Shown here: piece by piece, positions 40,722 to 51,216 of the stretch
How positions within the stretch are numbered: the stretch's first letter is position 1
How the letters are laid out: the number at the start of each line of letters is the position of its first letter
Assembly: GCA_965203355.1 (NCBI GenBank)
Contig: OZ241889.1
Location: 2,816,001 to 2,880,000 of the forward strand
Length of the DNA: 64,000 bases
Source of the DNA: Candidatus Latescibacterota bacterium
GTDB lineage: Bacteria > Latescibacterota > UBA2968 > UBA8231
Direction of reading: 5' to 3'
Program-made: the position numbers and the translations under genes
Notes under the pieces: generated by a model
Database searches by the model: none
What the model was told of the DNA's origin: nothing
Seen by the model: only the letters and a program-made list of their open reading frames with translations

Positions 40722-42791
40722 TTACTTCTTTAACAGGGCCTTGTGGCTGAGCCTCATCTTGCCGCCGGTGTCGATTTCGAGGACCTTGACGGCGATCTTG
40801 TCCCCTTGCCCAACGACATCTTCGACCTTGTCCACGCGCCGATGGGCTAGCTCGGAGATATGCAGCAGACCCTCTTTGCCGGGCAGAATCTCGACGAAGG
40901 CCCCAAAGGGCATGATCCGCTTGACTACCCCGTTGTACTCCTTGCCCACCTCGGCGTCGGCCGTGATTCCCTCGATCATGCGCCGCGCTTCTTCGGCTGG
41001 GCCGGCTTCAACCGAGGCAATGGTAATCGTGCCGTCTTCATCGACATTGACCGTGGCACCTGTCTTTTCGATCTCGCGGATGGTTTTGCCGCCCGGGCCG
41101 ATGACCGCGCCGATTTTGCTCTGGTCAATCTTGACAAACTCAATGCGCGGGGCCCAGCGCGAAAGCTCGGGCCGCGCTTCGCTCAGACACTGGTTCATAA
41201 GGGCCAAGACCTGGTCGCGTCCCTCTTTGGCGCGGTCGAGGGCTTCCTTGAAAATGTCGAGCTGCAACCCTTGGATTTTGATATCCATCTGAATCGCGGT
41301 AATCCCATCCTTGGTGCCAGCGACTTTGAGGTCCATATCGCCGAGAAAATCTTCGGCGTCGCGGATGTCGGTCAGCAGCTCGTACTCGTCCCCTTCCTTA
41401 ACCAAGCCCACGCCCGTGCCGCACACCGCGGTTTTAGCGGGAATGCCGGCGTCCATCAAGGCGAGCGAGCAGCCGCACACCGTGGCCATGGAACTAGAGC
41501 TGCTTGACTCGGTAATATCGGACACCAAGCGAATCGTGTAGGGAAAGGACTCCACGGATGGGATGACTGGCTCTAACGCGCGCTCGGCCAGATGGCCATG
41601 ACCAATGTCCCGACGCCCCGGACCACGCTCAAAGCGCACTTCGCCGACCGAATACGGCGGGAAGTTGTAATCCAAGTAATAGGACTTAAACCGCTTGCCC
41701 TGTAAGTCGTCAGCCATGCGCTCGTCGAGCTTGGTGCCCAGCGTCGCCACGCAGAGCGCTTGCGTCTGCCCGCGCGTAAACAGCGCCGACCCGTGCGTCC
41801 GCGGCAGCACCGTGCTCTCGCAGGTGACGTCGCGGACTGCGTCGAGTGCGCGGCCGTCAATGCGCCGCTTCTCCTTGAGGATCATGGTGCGCATGTCGGC
41901 CTTGAGCAGGGCCTCTAGCTCGGCTAAGATGAGCTTTTCCGAGGCTGGAAAGCGCTCGGCTAGGCTTGCCAAGACATCGGCGTTAATCGCGTCAATGCGC
42001 TCTTGCCGCTCTTCTTTGAGGGGGCTTCTGTTGGCCTCGGCGATCCGCTCTTGCGCCAACTCGGCAACAGCACTGACCAGCTCGGGATCGGCTTCTGCGA
42101 CCTCAATGACAATTTTCTCCTTGCCGACTTCAGCAACCAGCCGCTCCTGTAGCTCTACCAGTTCGGCGATGCACTCGTGGCCAAAAGCCAACGCATCTAC
42201 TAGATCTTGCTCGGCAATCTCGTGGGCACCCCCTTCGACGCTGACAATGGAATCGGCCGTAGCGCAGACGATGATTTCGAGATCGGAATCCGCGAGCTGG
42301 GCTGGGGTCGGATTGGCGACGAACTCGCCGTGGATGCGCCCGACGCGCACGGCACCCATGGGGCCAGCAAAGGGAATGTCGGAGATACTCAAAGCCGCCG
42401 AAGCCCCGATTAAACCCAAGACATCCGCATCGTTTTCGCCGTCGTACGAAAGCACCGAAACATAGACTTGGATCTCATAGGGGAACTTCTTGGGAAACAT
42501 CGGCCGAATGGGGTGGTCAATTAACCGAGCACTCAGGGTTTCCTTTTCGGAGGGACGCCCTTCGCGCTTGAAGAAATTGCCCGGTATCTTGCCGCCAGCG
42601 TAAGCCTTTTCCCGGTAATCCACGATCAAGGGCAGAAAGCCCCGATCTTCCGGCGTGTTGGTCCGGCAGGCCGTTACCAGCACTACGGTATCCCCGTATT
42701 GTATCCACACAGCCCCATTAGCTTGCTTGGCGATCCGGCCTGTTTCGATCGACAGACTCCGCCCGCCTATTTCGCGTTCTAGTTTAGTCAT
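40722..42791 (-). CDS. pnp: Polyribonucleotide nucleotidyltransferase
   Basis: [32 protein letters not shown] and S1 domains. Confidence 0.95.
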   Translation of the reverse strand: MTKLEREIGGRSLSIETGRIAKQANGAVWIQYGDTVVLVTACRTNTPEDRGFLPLIVDYREKAYAGGKIPGNFFKREGRPSEKETLSARLIDHPIRPMFPKKFPYEIQVYVSVLSYDGENDADVLGLIGASAALSISDIPFAGPMGAVRVGRIHGEFVANPTPAQLADSDLEIIVCATADSIVSVEGGAHEIAEQDLVDALAFGHECIAELVELQERLVAEVGKEKIVIEVAEADPELVSAVAELAQERIAEANRSPLKEERQERIDAINADVLASLAERFPASEKLILAELEALLKADMRTMILKEKRRIDGRALDAVRDVTCESTVLPRTHGSALFTRGQTQALCVATLGTKLDERMADDLQGKRFKSYYLDYNFPPYSVGEVRFERGPGRRDIGHGHLAERALEPVIPSVESFPYTIRLVSDITESSSSSSMATVCGCSLALMDAGIPAKTAVCGTGVGLVKEGDEYELLTDIRDAEDFLGDMDLKVAGTKDGITAIQMDIKIQGLQLDIFKEALDRAKEGRDQVLALMNQCLSEARPELSRWAPRIEFVKIDQSKIGAVIGPGGKTIREIEKTGATVNVDEDGTITIASVEAGPAEEARRMIEGITADAEVGKEYNGVVKRIMPFGAFVEILPGKEGLLHISELAHRRVDKVEDVVGQGDKIAVKVLEIDTGGKMRLSHKALLKK

Positions 42792-42880
42792 TAGATATAT
42801 CTTTTGCTCTTTTCTTTGAGGTTTTGAATTCTGTGCAGCACCTGCGCCAGCAGACGCTGCGGTGAGTAACTCAGTGGGAG

Positions 42881-43153
42881 CTAACGGCGCAATCCCAACT
42901 CGTGGATCAACGCCGCATACGCCTGCGGGTTTTTCTTTTGGTAGTAGCTTTGCAATCGCCTCCTCTTGCCTATGAGGACGAGTAATCCCCGCCGCGTGGC
43001 AAAGTCCTTTTGCTGGTCTTTGAGGTGTTCGGTCAAGTTTCGGATGCGCTCGGTGAGAATGGCAATCTGCACCGGGGTGGCCCCGGGGCCTCCATCTTGC
43101 CCGAACTTCTCGATCAGCTCTTTCTTGCGCTCAGTTGTTATAGACAACGGCAA
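42881..43153 (-). CDS. rpsO: 30S ribosomal protein S15
   Basis: VQIAILTERI..LTEHL, RRGLL..IGKRRRL. Confidence 0.95.
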   Translation of the reverse strand: MPLSITTERKKELIEKFGQDGGPGATPVQIAILTERIRNLTEHLKDQQKDFATRRGLLVLIGKRRRLQSYYQKKNPQAYAALIHELGLRR

Positions 43154-43183
43154 CCTCCGTATTTCGCGCCGCGCTTTCCGCCT

Positions 43184-43570
43184 TCAGCACTTGGAGGCGA
43201 ATAGGGCGCGTGCTTGGTGAATGTCTTTGCGAATTTGTCCTATCAGCTCGTCTGGACAGGCAAATGCGCGTTGGTCGCGCAGTTGCTTTACGAGGGCGAC
43301 CTGTAGAGTTTGTCCGTAGAGGTCGCCGGCAAAATCGAGTATGTGCAACTCGATGACTAGGGCGGCTTCGGCAAATGTAGGCCGAGGGCCAATGTGAGCC
43401 ACGGCCGGTAAAAACCCACTGCCAGGGTATTGTACTTCGGCGGCAAATACTCCCTGTGGCAAGGGTTTATCGCCATGAGGCCGCAAATTGGCCGTGGGAA
43501 ACCCCAGGGTTCTACCGCGTCCTTGGCCTCGCATGACGCGGCCGGAAAAATGGATGTCAGCACTTTCCAT
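43184..43570 (-). CDS. Riboflavin kinase (stand-alone RFK domain)
   Basis: GRTLGFPTAN, G.RPTF, ELHILDF, LYG; 128 aa only. Confidence 0.9.
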   Translation of the reverse strand: MESADIHFSGRVMRGQGRGRTLGFPTANLRPHGDKPLPQGVFAAEVQYPGSGFLPAVAHIGPRPTFAEAALVIELHILDFAGDLYGQTLQVALVKQLRDQRAFACPDELIGQIRKDIHQARALFASKC

Positions 43571-44467
43571 CTAAGGTTGGCGCAAAACGCACAGGGGCCG
43601 CAATGCCCCCTGCTCCCATCGTGCGAGACCAAACAAGGTTTGTGCTGCGTCAAAAACCGCGCAGACCTCGCGCGGCCCTGTGCCAGTGGGATGCTCAATG
43701 GCCTTCCCATGAGCAAAATCAACCAGCTTGCCTTCGTTCAGTTCCACGACTGCCAGTTCGCTTAAGGCCAGTCGCGGATGGACGAGGGCCTTTTCAATTT
43801 GGCCTGCTCTACTAAGATGGGCTACTTGGTCTACCGTCAGGGCTTTGTCCAGCCCGAGCCCGCCAGCCCGCCGCCGGCGCAGTTCCGCCAAATAAGCACC
43901 CGTCCCCAACGCATCCCCCAGATCGGCGGCTAGCGCGCGAATATACGTTCCCGCAGAACAATGAATTTTTACGCTTAGTCTGGGGAAATCGTAGCCGAGT
44001 AACTCCATTGCATGGATGTGGACCCGGCGAGGTTTGAGGGCGATCTCATCCCCGCGACGCGCCCGCTTATACGAGCGCACCCCAGCTACTTTTACGGCTG
44101 AATACGCTGGCGGAATTTGGTCTATGCTCCCTGTAAAGTCGCGCAGGACTCGGGCCACACTTTGGCCGTCGGGAGGCGCACAGTCGGCTTGGTGGCGGAT
44201 CGGCCCTTCGGCATCGCCCGTAGCACTTATAGCCCCCAGACAAATCTCGGCCTCGTATTCCTTTTCCGCGCCACTGAGCCACTGGTTGAGCCGGGTATAG
44301 CGCCCCAAGCAAACGACCAAGACGCCGCTGGCCAAAGGATCGAGCGTACCGCAGTGCCCAATGCGCCGCAGTTGCAACAAACGCCGGAGCGAGACGATTA
44401 CGTCGTGGGAGGTGGGGCCTTTGGCTTTGTCGATGACCAAGACCCCGGTCAAGGCCGGATCAATCAT
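43571..44467 (-). CDS. truB: tRNA pseudouridine(55) synthase
   Basis: GHCGTLDPLASGVL, PPAYSA.K, GTYIR. Confidence 0.95.
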   Translation of the reverse strand: MIDPALTGVLVIDKAKGPTSHDVIVSLRRLLQLRRIGHCGTLDPLASGVLVVCLGRYTRLNQWLSGAEKEYEAEICLGAISATGDAEGPIRHQADCAPPDGQSVARVLRDFTGSIDQIPPAYSAVKVAGVRSYKRARRGDEIALKPRRVHIHAMELLGYDFPRLSVKIHCSAGTYIRALAADLGDALGTGAYLAELRRRRAGGLGLDKALTVDQVAHLSRAGQIEKALVHPRLALSELAVVELNEGKLVDFAHGKAIEHPTGTGPREVCAVFDAAQTLFGLARWEQGALRPLCVLRQP

Positions 44468-44813
44468 GCGGCGTTCCACCCAGACTATCGATCAAAGCCG
44501 TCAGGTGCGCGGCGCGTGCGGCGGTATCGTCGTATGCAACCCGCAACTGGGGCGCGTAGCGCAAGCGCATACGCTGGGCGATTTCTCGGCGTATAAAACC
44601 CAAGCCCCGCTGCATCCCTTGGAGTACCTGCTCTTGGTCGTCTGCATGGCCGAGCGTACTGACAAAGATCGTGGCATAGCTCATGTCGGAGGAGAGTTCC
44701 ACATCTACTACTTGGACTAGTTGCAACCGCGGGTCCTTCATCCGCCCTACGATATCGGTCAACTCGCGCAGCAGTTGCCCGCGCACTCGGCTAATTCGTT
44801 GCGGAGAGGCCAC
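44460..44813 (-). CDS. rbfA: Ribosome-binding factor A
   Basis: KDPRL, LS.D, LRYAPQL..YD. Confidence 0.9.
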   Translation of the reverse strand: MASPQRISRVRGQLLRELTDIVGRMKDPRLQLVQVVDVELSSDMSYATIFVSTLGHADDQEQVLQGMQRGLGFIRREIAQRMRLRYAPQLRVAYDDTAARAAHLTALIDSLGGTPHD

Positions 44814-44819
44814 CTGCCC

Positions 44820-45101
44820 TCAGTGTACTTCCATTTGGTAGTCGAGGATATGCACCCGGGGATCGCTTTCGACGAAGTTGACGATTTTAGTCAGCATCTC
44901 ATCGCAGTGTTCAACGGCCGAACTCACCACGGCAATCCCCAACACCGCCCGCTGCCAAAGCGCGTGGTCATCTACTTCGGCCACAGCCGCGTTAAAGCGG
45001 TTGCGGATGCGCCCTTTGAGGCTATTGAGGACTTGCCGTTTGTCTTTGAGCGAATGGCTATCGCCGATATAGATTTGCACTGCACAGCTCATAACGATCA
45101 A
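44820..45101 (-). CDS. DUF503 (YlxP) protein
   Basis: SLKDKR, FNAAVAEV..WQR. Confidence 0.9.
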   Translation of the reverse strand: MIVMSCAVQIYIGDSHSLKDKRQVLNSLKGRIRNRFNAAVAEVDDHALWQRAVLGIAVVSSAVEHCDEMLTKIVNFVESDPRVHILDYQMEVH

Positions 45102-45121
45102 AACAACTCAACCGCTCACCC

Positions 45122-47482
45122 CTACAGCGTCCGCGCGGTCTCGACCACAACCAAGGATTCAACGATGTCGCCTTCTGCGATGTCGTCAAATCCCGAGAAT
45201 CCCATGCCGCACTCGAATCCCTCAGCGACCTCGCGCACATCGTCCTTGAATCGCCGCAGCGAAGTAAGCTCGCCGGTAAAAACGACTTGATCATCGCGCA
45301 AAATCCGCACCTGATTACTACGGGCAATGGTGCCATTTTGCACCAAACAACCGCCAATCGTCCCCATGCGGGACGAGCTAAAGATCGCGCGGATTTCGGC
45401 CCGGCCCACTACCTGTTCTTCGGTCGTTGGGGCCAAAAGGCCAGCCAAGGCCCCGCGCACATCCTCAATGACCTCGTAAATGATGCGGTAGTTGCGAATT
45501 TCCACGCCTTCCTGCACGGCGAGGTCGCGGGCCGAAGGTTGGGTGCTTACGTGGAAGCCGAGCAAAATGGCGCTAGAAGCCGCGGCCAAGAGCACATCCG
45601 ATTCCGAGATGGAGCCCACTGCGCTGTGAATGACGTTGACCCGCACTTCCTCGTGGGTTATGCGGCCCAACTCTTCGGCAATAGCCTCGACCGACCCATC
45701 GACATCGCCTTTGACCACCACCCGCAATTCTTGGATGTGGCCTTGCTGGATCTGATCGTGTAAGTCGCTGAGCGTGACCGTGCGCAGCTTGCCGTGATCC
45801 TGCTCGCGCTTGACGAGCTGCCGCCGCTGGCTGAGGTCCTTGGCCTCGCGCTCGGAATTGGCAACGGCAAAAGTATCTCCGGCTTGCGGCACCCCAGGCA
45901 ACCCGAGCACTTGGACGGGCACCGAGGGTTTTGCCTCTTCGACGCGCTGGCCATGCTCGTCGAGCAGGGCGCGGACCTTGCCGCTGTGTACGCCGGTAAT
46001 AAAAGGCTCGCCGACGCTCAGCGTTCCCTCTTGGACCAAAACGGTAGCCACCGGCCCCCGCCCCTTGTCAAGATGGGCTTCGACAATAGTCCCACGCGCT
46101 TTTTTACGGGGATTAGCCTGCAACTCAAGCAACTCGGCTACAATGAGGAGCACTTCCAGCAAGTGGTCTATGCCCTGCCCGATCTTAGCAGAGATTTCGG
46201 CACAGGGAATCTGCCCTCCCCATTCCTCGATTAAAACCCCTCTTTCTGACAACTCCCGTTTGATCTTGTCTGGATCGGCCGTAGGTAAGTCTATTTTGTT
46301 AATCGCGACGACTAAGGGAACCTGCGCGGCCTTAGCGTGGTCGATCGCTTCAATGGTCTGCGGCATGACGCCGTCGTCAGCCGCCACGACTAAAACAACA
46401 ATGTCAGTTACTCTTGAACCGCGTGCCCGCATCGCCGTAAAGGCCGCGTGTCCTGGCGTGTCGAGAAACGTCACGCCGCGACCGTCTTCCATGTTGATCA
46501 CATACGCGCCGATGTGCTGGGTAATGCCGCCAGACTCCCCTTCAACCACCTTGCTTTCGCGCAAGTAGTCGAGCAACGAGGTTTTGCCGTGATCGACGTG
46601 GCCCATGACGGTAACGACCGGCGGACGCGGCTCGGGTTCGCCGAGTTCTTCCTCCTCGACAATCTCATCCAACTCGGCTTCTTCGGCCTCCAGCGGAACC
46701 ACTTCCGATCCAAACTCATCGGCCAGCGTCTGCATGGTGTCCATATCGAGGCGTTGATTGATCGTCGCCATGGTACCCAACTGCAAACACAGCGCGATCA
46801 CTTCACTGACCTTGACGCCGAGTTGTTCGGCAAATTCGCCGAGCGTGACAAACTCGCGAATCTTGATCTGGCGAAGCTCACCGCTTTCCTCGGCACCGTC
46901 TTCGCGCGGGCCGCGCTCGTAGCGTCGGCGCAGCCGCCCTTCGTTAAGCTGACTCAAGGTCCGCCGCACACTTTCTTGGACTTCCCTAGCATCGGGTGCC
47001 CCTTTGCGGCGCTTCCCGCGGCGGCGCCTTGTCGACGACCCGGGCAAATTGGCCTGGGCGGTTACTTCTCGCTTCTCGCCCAAGCCCTCGCGGACGCTTT
47101 CTAAACTATCCTGCCCCTTGCCACGACGACGACCGCGGCGGCGCCCCCCTCCTTCGGCCTTGTCGGGCAGCGGTACGGCACGCTTGCCGGCCTGCTCTTC
47201 AACGCGCTGCTTACTAGTGGTCGCCCCTCTTTCGCGGCGACGCTCGGACCGCACATTACCGGCCTGTTTGCGCCGGTCCTCTTTGGCCTTTTGCCGCTTT
47301 ACTTCCTCTATCGAGCTTTTCTTTTCTTCAGCCAGCTTGCGCTCGATGGCCTCCAGCATCTCGGGCGTAAGTACGCTCATATGGCTTTTGACTTCCATAT
47401 CCATGCCTTTGAGCATGGATATGAGCGCATCACTGGACAGTTTCTGTTCTTTGGCTACTTGATAAACCCGGCGTTTTTCCAA
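45122..47482 (-). CDS. infB: Translation initiation factor IF-2
   Basis: MGHVDHGKT, GGITQHIG, DTPGH, NKID. Confidence 0.97.
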   Translation of the reverse strand: MEKRRVYQVAKEQKLSSDALISMLKGMDMEVKSHMSVLTPEMLEAIERKLAEEKKSSIEEVKRQKAKEDRRKQAGNVRSERRRERGATTSKQRVEEQAGKRAVPLPDKAEGGGRRRGRRRGKGQDSLESVREGLGEKREVTAQANLPGSSTRRRRGKRRKGAPDAREVQESVRRTLSQLNEGRLRRRYERGPREDGAEESGELRQIKIREFVTLGEFAEQLGVKVSEVIALCLQLGTMATINQRLDMDTMQTLADEFGSEVVPLEAEEAELDEIVEEEELGEPEPRPPVVTVMGHVDHGKTSLLDYLRESKVVEGESGGITQHIGAYVINMEDGRGVTFLDTPGHAAFTAMRARGSRVTDIVVLVVAADDGVMPQTIEAIDHAKAAQVPLVVAINKIDLPTADPDKIKRELSERGVLIEEWGGQIPCAEISAKIGQGIDHLLEVLLIVAELLELQANPRKKARGTIVEAHLDKGRGPVATVLVQEGTLSVGEPFITGVHSGKVRALLDEHGQRVEEAKPSVPVQVLGLPGVPQAGDTFAVANSEREAKDLSQRRQLVKREQDHGKLRTVTLSDLHDQIQQGHIQELRVVVKGDVDGSVEAIAEELGRITHEEVRVNVIHSAVGSISESDVLLAAASSAILLGFHVSTQPSARDLAVQEGVEIRNYRIIYEVIEDVRGALAGLLAPTTEEQVVGRAEIRAIFSSSRMGTIGGCLVQNGTIARSNQVRILRDDQVVFTGELTSLRRFKDDVREVAEGFECGMGFSGFDDIAEGDIVESLVVVETARTL

Positions 47483-47496
47483 AACTATTCCCTCAG

Positions 47497-48840
47497 CTAC
47501 TCAGCCCTTTGATCGGACTCGTCTTCTCCGCTCTCTTGCTCAACTTCTGCCTCCTCAGCAGCGATCAAGGCTTCGATATCGACCTCACCATGTTCGGCAA
47601 GGTACGCGGCCGCGGCGACCTTTACTCCTTGGGCGGTTTCGGCCAGTTCTAGGCCCGGCACGGTCTGCAACAGCGCTGTATCGGCCTCGGTAATCGCAGT
47701 TATGGAGTCGAAACCGGACGTGGTCAAACTCAGGGCAATCAATTCGCTAATGCCATCTATCTGGCGGAACACTTGCTGGTACTTCTCCTGCTTGGCGCGG
47801 CGCTCTTGGTATTGTTCGTCGGTGATGATATCGAGCCCCCAACCCGTCAGTTGGCTGGCGAGTTTGGTGTTTTGTCCGCCTTTGCCAATGGCCAGCGATA
47901 GCTGCTCCTTTTCGACGATCACCACGGCATGCCGACGGCGCGAATCCGTGATACAGCGCACTACGGTAGCCGGACTTAAAGCGCGGCTTATGAATATATC
48001 CGACTCGTCAATCCAAGGAACTATATCAATGCGCTCGCCACTCAATTCTCGGACGATGGCTTGCACTCGAGATCCCTTCACGCCCACGCAGGCCCCCACC
48101 GGATCGACGCGTTCGTCGCTGCTACTGACCGCAATTTTGGCGCGTTCGCCTGGCTCGCGGGCCACGCCGTGAATCTCGACGATACCCTCGGCTATTTCCG
48201 GCACTTCTGTGGCAAAGAGCTTTCGGAGGAATTCGGGCCGTGCACGGGAAAGCAAAACCTGAGGCCCCCGACTCGACTTGAGCACCTCGTATATATAACC
48301 CCGCACGGCATCGCCTTGACGGTAACGCTCGCGGCGAATTTGCTCTTTGTATGGCACGGCGGCCTCGGCCCGACCCAGGTTGAGAATGATGTCGCCGTGG
48401 CTGATCTGTTGCACAATACCGGATTCGACGAGGCCAACTCGACCGATAAATTCGCCGTATATCCGCTCGCGCTCGGCTTCGCGGACCCGCTGAATGAGAA
48501 TCTGCTTTGCGGTCTGTATGGCATTGCGACCAAAGTCGGCGAAATTGAGCTGTTGGACCAACACCGAACCCAGTTGGGCATGAGGGTCGATATTGCGGGC
48601 GTCGGCGAGCAGAATCTCCGTGGATGGTTCGACTACTTCTTCGACGACAGTTTTGCGGGCGTACACGGCCATCTTGCCTTGGGCCGCGTCAATGTCAACT
48701 TCGTAGTTTTCGGTATTGCCGTAATGCCTTTTGGCGGCTGAAATCAGGGCGTCAACAAGGGTTTGTACCACCAATTCCCGATCGACGTTTTTTTCGCGGG
48801 CAATCTGCCCCAAAGCCTCAATAATGTTCGCGTTGTTCAT
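47497..48840 (-). CDS. nusA: Transcription termination factor NusA
   Basis: FGRNAIQTAKQ, EVPEI, DPVGACVG, AIGKGGQN. Confidence 0.97.
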   Translation of the reverse strand: MNNANIIEALGQIAREKNVDRELVVQTLVDALISAAKRHYGNTENYEVDIDAAQGKMAVYARKTVVEEVVEPSTEILLADARNIDPHAQLGSVLVQQLNFADFGRNAIQTAKQILIQRVREAERERIYGEFIGRVGLVESGIVQQISHGDIILNLGRAEAAVPYKEQIRRERYRQGDAVRGYIYEVLKSSRGPQVLLSRARPEFLRKLFATEVPEIAEGIVEIHGVAREPGERAKIAVSSSDERVDPVGACVGVKGSRVQAIVRELSGERIDIVPWIDESDIFISRALSPATVVRCITDSRRRHAVVIVEKEQLSLAIGKGGQNTKLASQLTGWGLDIITDEQYQERRAKQEKYQQVFRQIDGISELIALSLTTSGFDSITAITEADTALLQTVPGLELAETAQGVKVAAAAYLAEHGEVDIEALIAAEEAEVEQESGEDESDQRAE

Positions 48841-48864
48841 GATTTTTTGCTCGACCTTCGCTGC

Positions 48865-49317
48865 TTACAATGCTGGTTCGATGCTGGCTTTAGCAATATC
48901 GGTACGGGCCACGATCTCGGCTGGGCTGTCGAGCTGAATCTGGTCGGCTTCCCAAGCGACCAGTCGCCCTTTGACCACGCGGCCGGACGTGAGCACGACT
49001 TTTAGCAGCCGGCCCTCGGCACGGGTAAAATCCCCATCGGTCTCTAGCGGTCGATCCAATCCGGGCGAAGTAACTTCGAGCCGATACCGTCCGGCAATAG
49101 GATCCTCTATGTCGAAAAAATCGGCCACTTCGCGACTGATTGACTCGCAGATGGCCAGCGTTATGCCGCAATTTTTGTGAACCAATAATCTGACTAGCTG
49201 ATTACCTCGGGCACCGCTGAGTTCAATATCAACGAGTTCGGCCTCGTGATCGCGGACAATAGGTTCGACAAGCGCTACTAGCGTGGCCTTTAATGCGAGT
49301 TTATCTACGGCGGAAAT
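48865..49317 (-). CDS. rimP: Ribosome maturation factor RimP (probable ATT start)
   Basis: LEVTSPGLDRPL; frame extends upstream (VEPIV..AELVDIE) with no ATG/GTG/TTG; ATT at 49317 is 9 nt after AGGGGG and gives 150 aa. Confidence 0.85.
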   Translation of the reverse strand: MSAVDKLALKATLVALVEPIVRDHEAELVDIELSGARGNQLVRLLVHKNCGITLAICESISREVADFFDIEDPIAGRYRLEVTSPGLDRPLETDGDFTRAEGRLLKVVLTSGRVVKGRLVAWEADQIQLDSPAEIVARTDIAKASIEPAL

Positions 49318-49335
49318 ACGCGCTTTCCCCCTAAA

Positions 49336-49366
49336 ATAAAAAAACGGGCTATGCTATGACGCCCGC
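49336..49366 (-). promoter_or_regulatory. rimP leader attenuator hairpin
   Basis: CGGGC..GCCCG followed by T7, upstream of the rimP RBS; TTGCCT-17-TATCTT promoter at 49409-49381. Confidence 0.65.
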
Positions 49367-49441
49367 CCAATTGGGATTATAAGATATAGGATTGTATTGA
49401 TTTAGGCAAGACAACTTAACAGCCATAGCCAAAGGCCAATG

Positions 49442-49900
49442 CTAGAGGAAACGCAAAATCTCGCGCAGTTCTTTTTTAGTCTCTTCAATCATGCTGAATG
49501 CGGCCTCCTGGTCCTGTGCGGGTTCGGGATCGGGTCGCTTCACTACTAAATCAGGACGGCTCCGTTGTTCAGCGAGCAAATCAGATACTTGCTCGCCAAC
49601 TTGACGCAGAAGTTCGGGTTCGTCTTTGAGTTTCTTCTTTACGCCTTGCGTCGTATAGCATTCCTCGTAGAGTAAGCGTTTGATCAATAGGATGATCCCT
49701 ATATCGCGCTCCCTATAAGCTCTGTTTTTGCCGCCGCGCGAACGCCGCGGTCGCAAACACGCAAATTCCTTCTCCCACGCCCTAAGTGTATAAGGTTGCA
49801 ACTGCGTGAGTTCGGCGACTTCACTGATGCTGTAATATAGCTTTTTTTGCCGTGGATTTTTCACGACCGCACTTCCCTGTATCCTTTGCGATGACGCCAC
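49442..49900 (-). CDS. MerR family transcriptional regulator
   Basis: YYSISEV, LRAWEKEF, RAYRERDI, LLYE. Confidence 0.9.
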   Translation of the reverse strand: MASSQRIQGSAVVKNPRQKKLYYSISEVAELTQLQPYTLRAWEKEFACLRPRRSRGGKNRAYRERDIGIILLIKRLLYEECYTTQGVKKKLKDEPELLRQVGEQVSDLLAEQRSRPDLVVKRPDPEPAQDQEAAFSMIEETKKELREILRFL

Positions 49901-51216
49901 GCGATGCGCAAGGGGGTTCCCTCGAAATCAAACTCCGATCTCAGTCGGTTTTCGATGTGGCGTCGATAATTTCCCGGCACGGAGCGGGGCAGATTCGTAA
50001 AGATCGTAAACGCCGGAGGGTTAATCGCGTGTTGGGTGGCGTAGAGCAGGCGGATGTCGCGGCCTTCTTGTGTTGCTAGGTACTCGCCGGATAGCTGCTG
50101 AATGATCTTGTTCAAGTGCGCGGTGGGAATCCGCGTCCGACGCTTGTCGCCCACCGCGGCCACTGCTTCGAGGCACTTGTGGACCCGCCGCCCGGTCAAG
50201 CCCGATATGCACAGCACTGGATAGTTGCGCAAAAAAGGATAGCGCCCGCGCAATTCGCCGCGATACTCATCCACAGTGCCCGCGGCCACTAAATCCCATT
50301 TATTGATCGCCACCACCAAGCCACAGCCTGATTTTATTATTTGCTCCATGATGCGGACATCCTGCATGACCCACCCCTCGGCCCCGTCTATGAGCACAAC
50401 CGCCACATCGGCTCGCTCGATGCTATGGGCCGCCCGGCGCGTACTGTAGAATTCCACCGAATCATCGACCTTAGATCGCCGCCGCAAACCGGCCGTATCC
50501 ACGAACTGCAAGTGGCTACCCTGCCAAGTCAAGCGAAATTGAGTCGGGTCGCGGGTCGTGCCAGGACGATCGTGGACGATGGAAACCTGATAACCGGCGA
50601 GGCGGTTAATAAGCGTGGATTTGCCCACGTTGGGACGCCCGACCAAAGCGACCCGAATCGCGGCCTCGTTCCATTCCGCCCCATACGCCTCGGCCCCGTC
50701 AAAGAGCGCAATGAGCGCATCAAGCAAGTCCCCAGAACGCCGCCCGGTCACGGCTGAAACGGGGAGGGGATCCCCCAAGCCGAGCCGATAGAATTCGTCG
50801 AGCGGCGCGACTGGCCCCGCCCCATCCACCTTGTTGACGGCCAGCAAGCACTTCCCGCCCCCACGGCGCAGCATGGCCCCCACCTCTTGGTCGAGGTCGG
50901 TCAAACCCGTGGTCCCATCGCAAAGAAAAATAGCTATGTCCGCTTCTGCCAAGGCGTTTGCCGCTTGGGAGCGCACCGCCGAGGATAGCGCGTCTTTGGC
51001 ATGGGGCATGTAGCCCCCTGTATCGACCAAAGTGAAGGAGTGCCCTCCCCACTCAGCCTCGGCAAATATCTGATCGCGTGTGACCCCGGGCTGGCCATCG
51101 GTTATGGCCCATCGGGTCCCCAAGATGCGGTTGAAGAGGGTCGATTTGCCCACATTGGGACGCCCGACAATCGCCACGATGGGGCGGCGATGGCTTTCGA
51201 CGGTTTGGGTGTTCAT
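49861..51216 (-). CDS. der: Ribosome biogenesis GTPase Der
   Basis: Two GRPNVGKST G-domains, DTGG/DTAG, FEGTPL. Confidence 0.97.
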   Translation of the reverse strand: MNTQTVESHRRPIVAIVGRPNVGKSTLFNRILGTRWAITDGQPGVTRDQIFAEAEWGGHSFTLVDTGGYMPHAKDALSSAVRSQAANALAEADIAIFLCDGTTGLTDLDQEVGAMLRRGGGKCLLAVNKVDGAGPVAPLDEFYRLGLGDPLPVSAVTGRRSGDLLDALIALFDGAEAYGAEWNEAAIRVALVGRPNVGKSTLINRLAGYQVSIVHDRPGTTRDPTQFRLTWQGSHLQFVDTAGLRRRSKVDDSVEFYSTRRAAHSIERADVAVVLIDGAEGWVMQDVRIMEQIIKSGCGLVVAINKWDLVAAGTVDEYRGELRGRYPFLRNYPVLCISGLTGRRVHKCLEAVAAVGDKRRTRIPTAHLNKIIQQLSGEYLATQEGRDIRLLYATQHAINPPAFTIFTNLPRSVPGNYRRHIENRLRSEFDFEGTPLRIAWRHRKGYREVRS

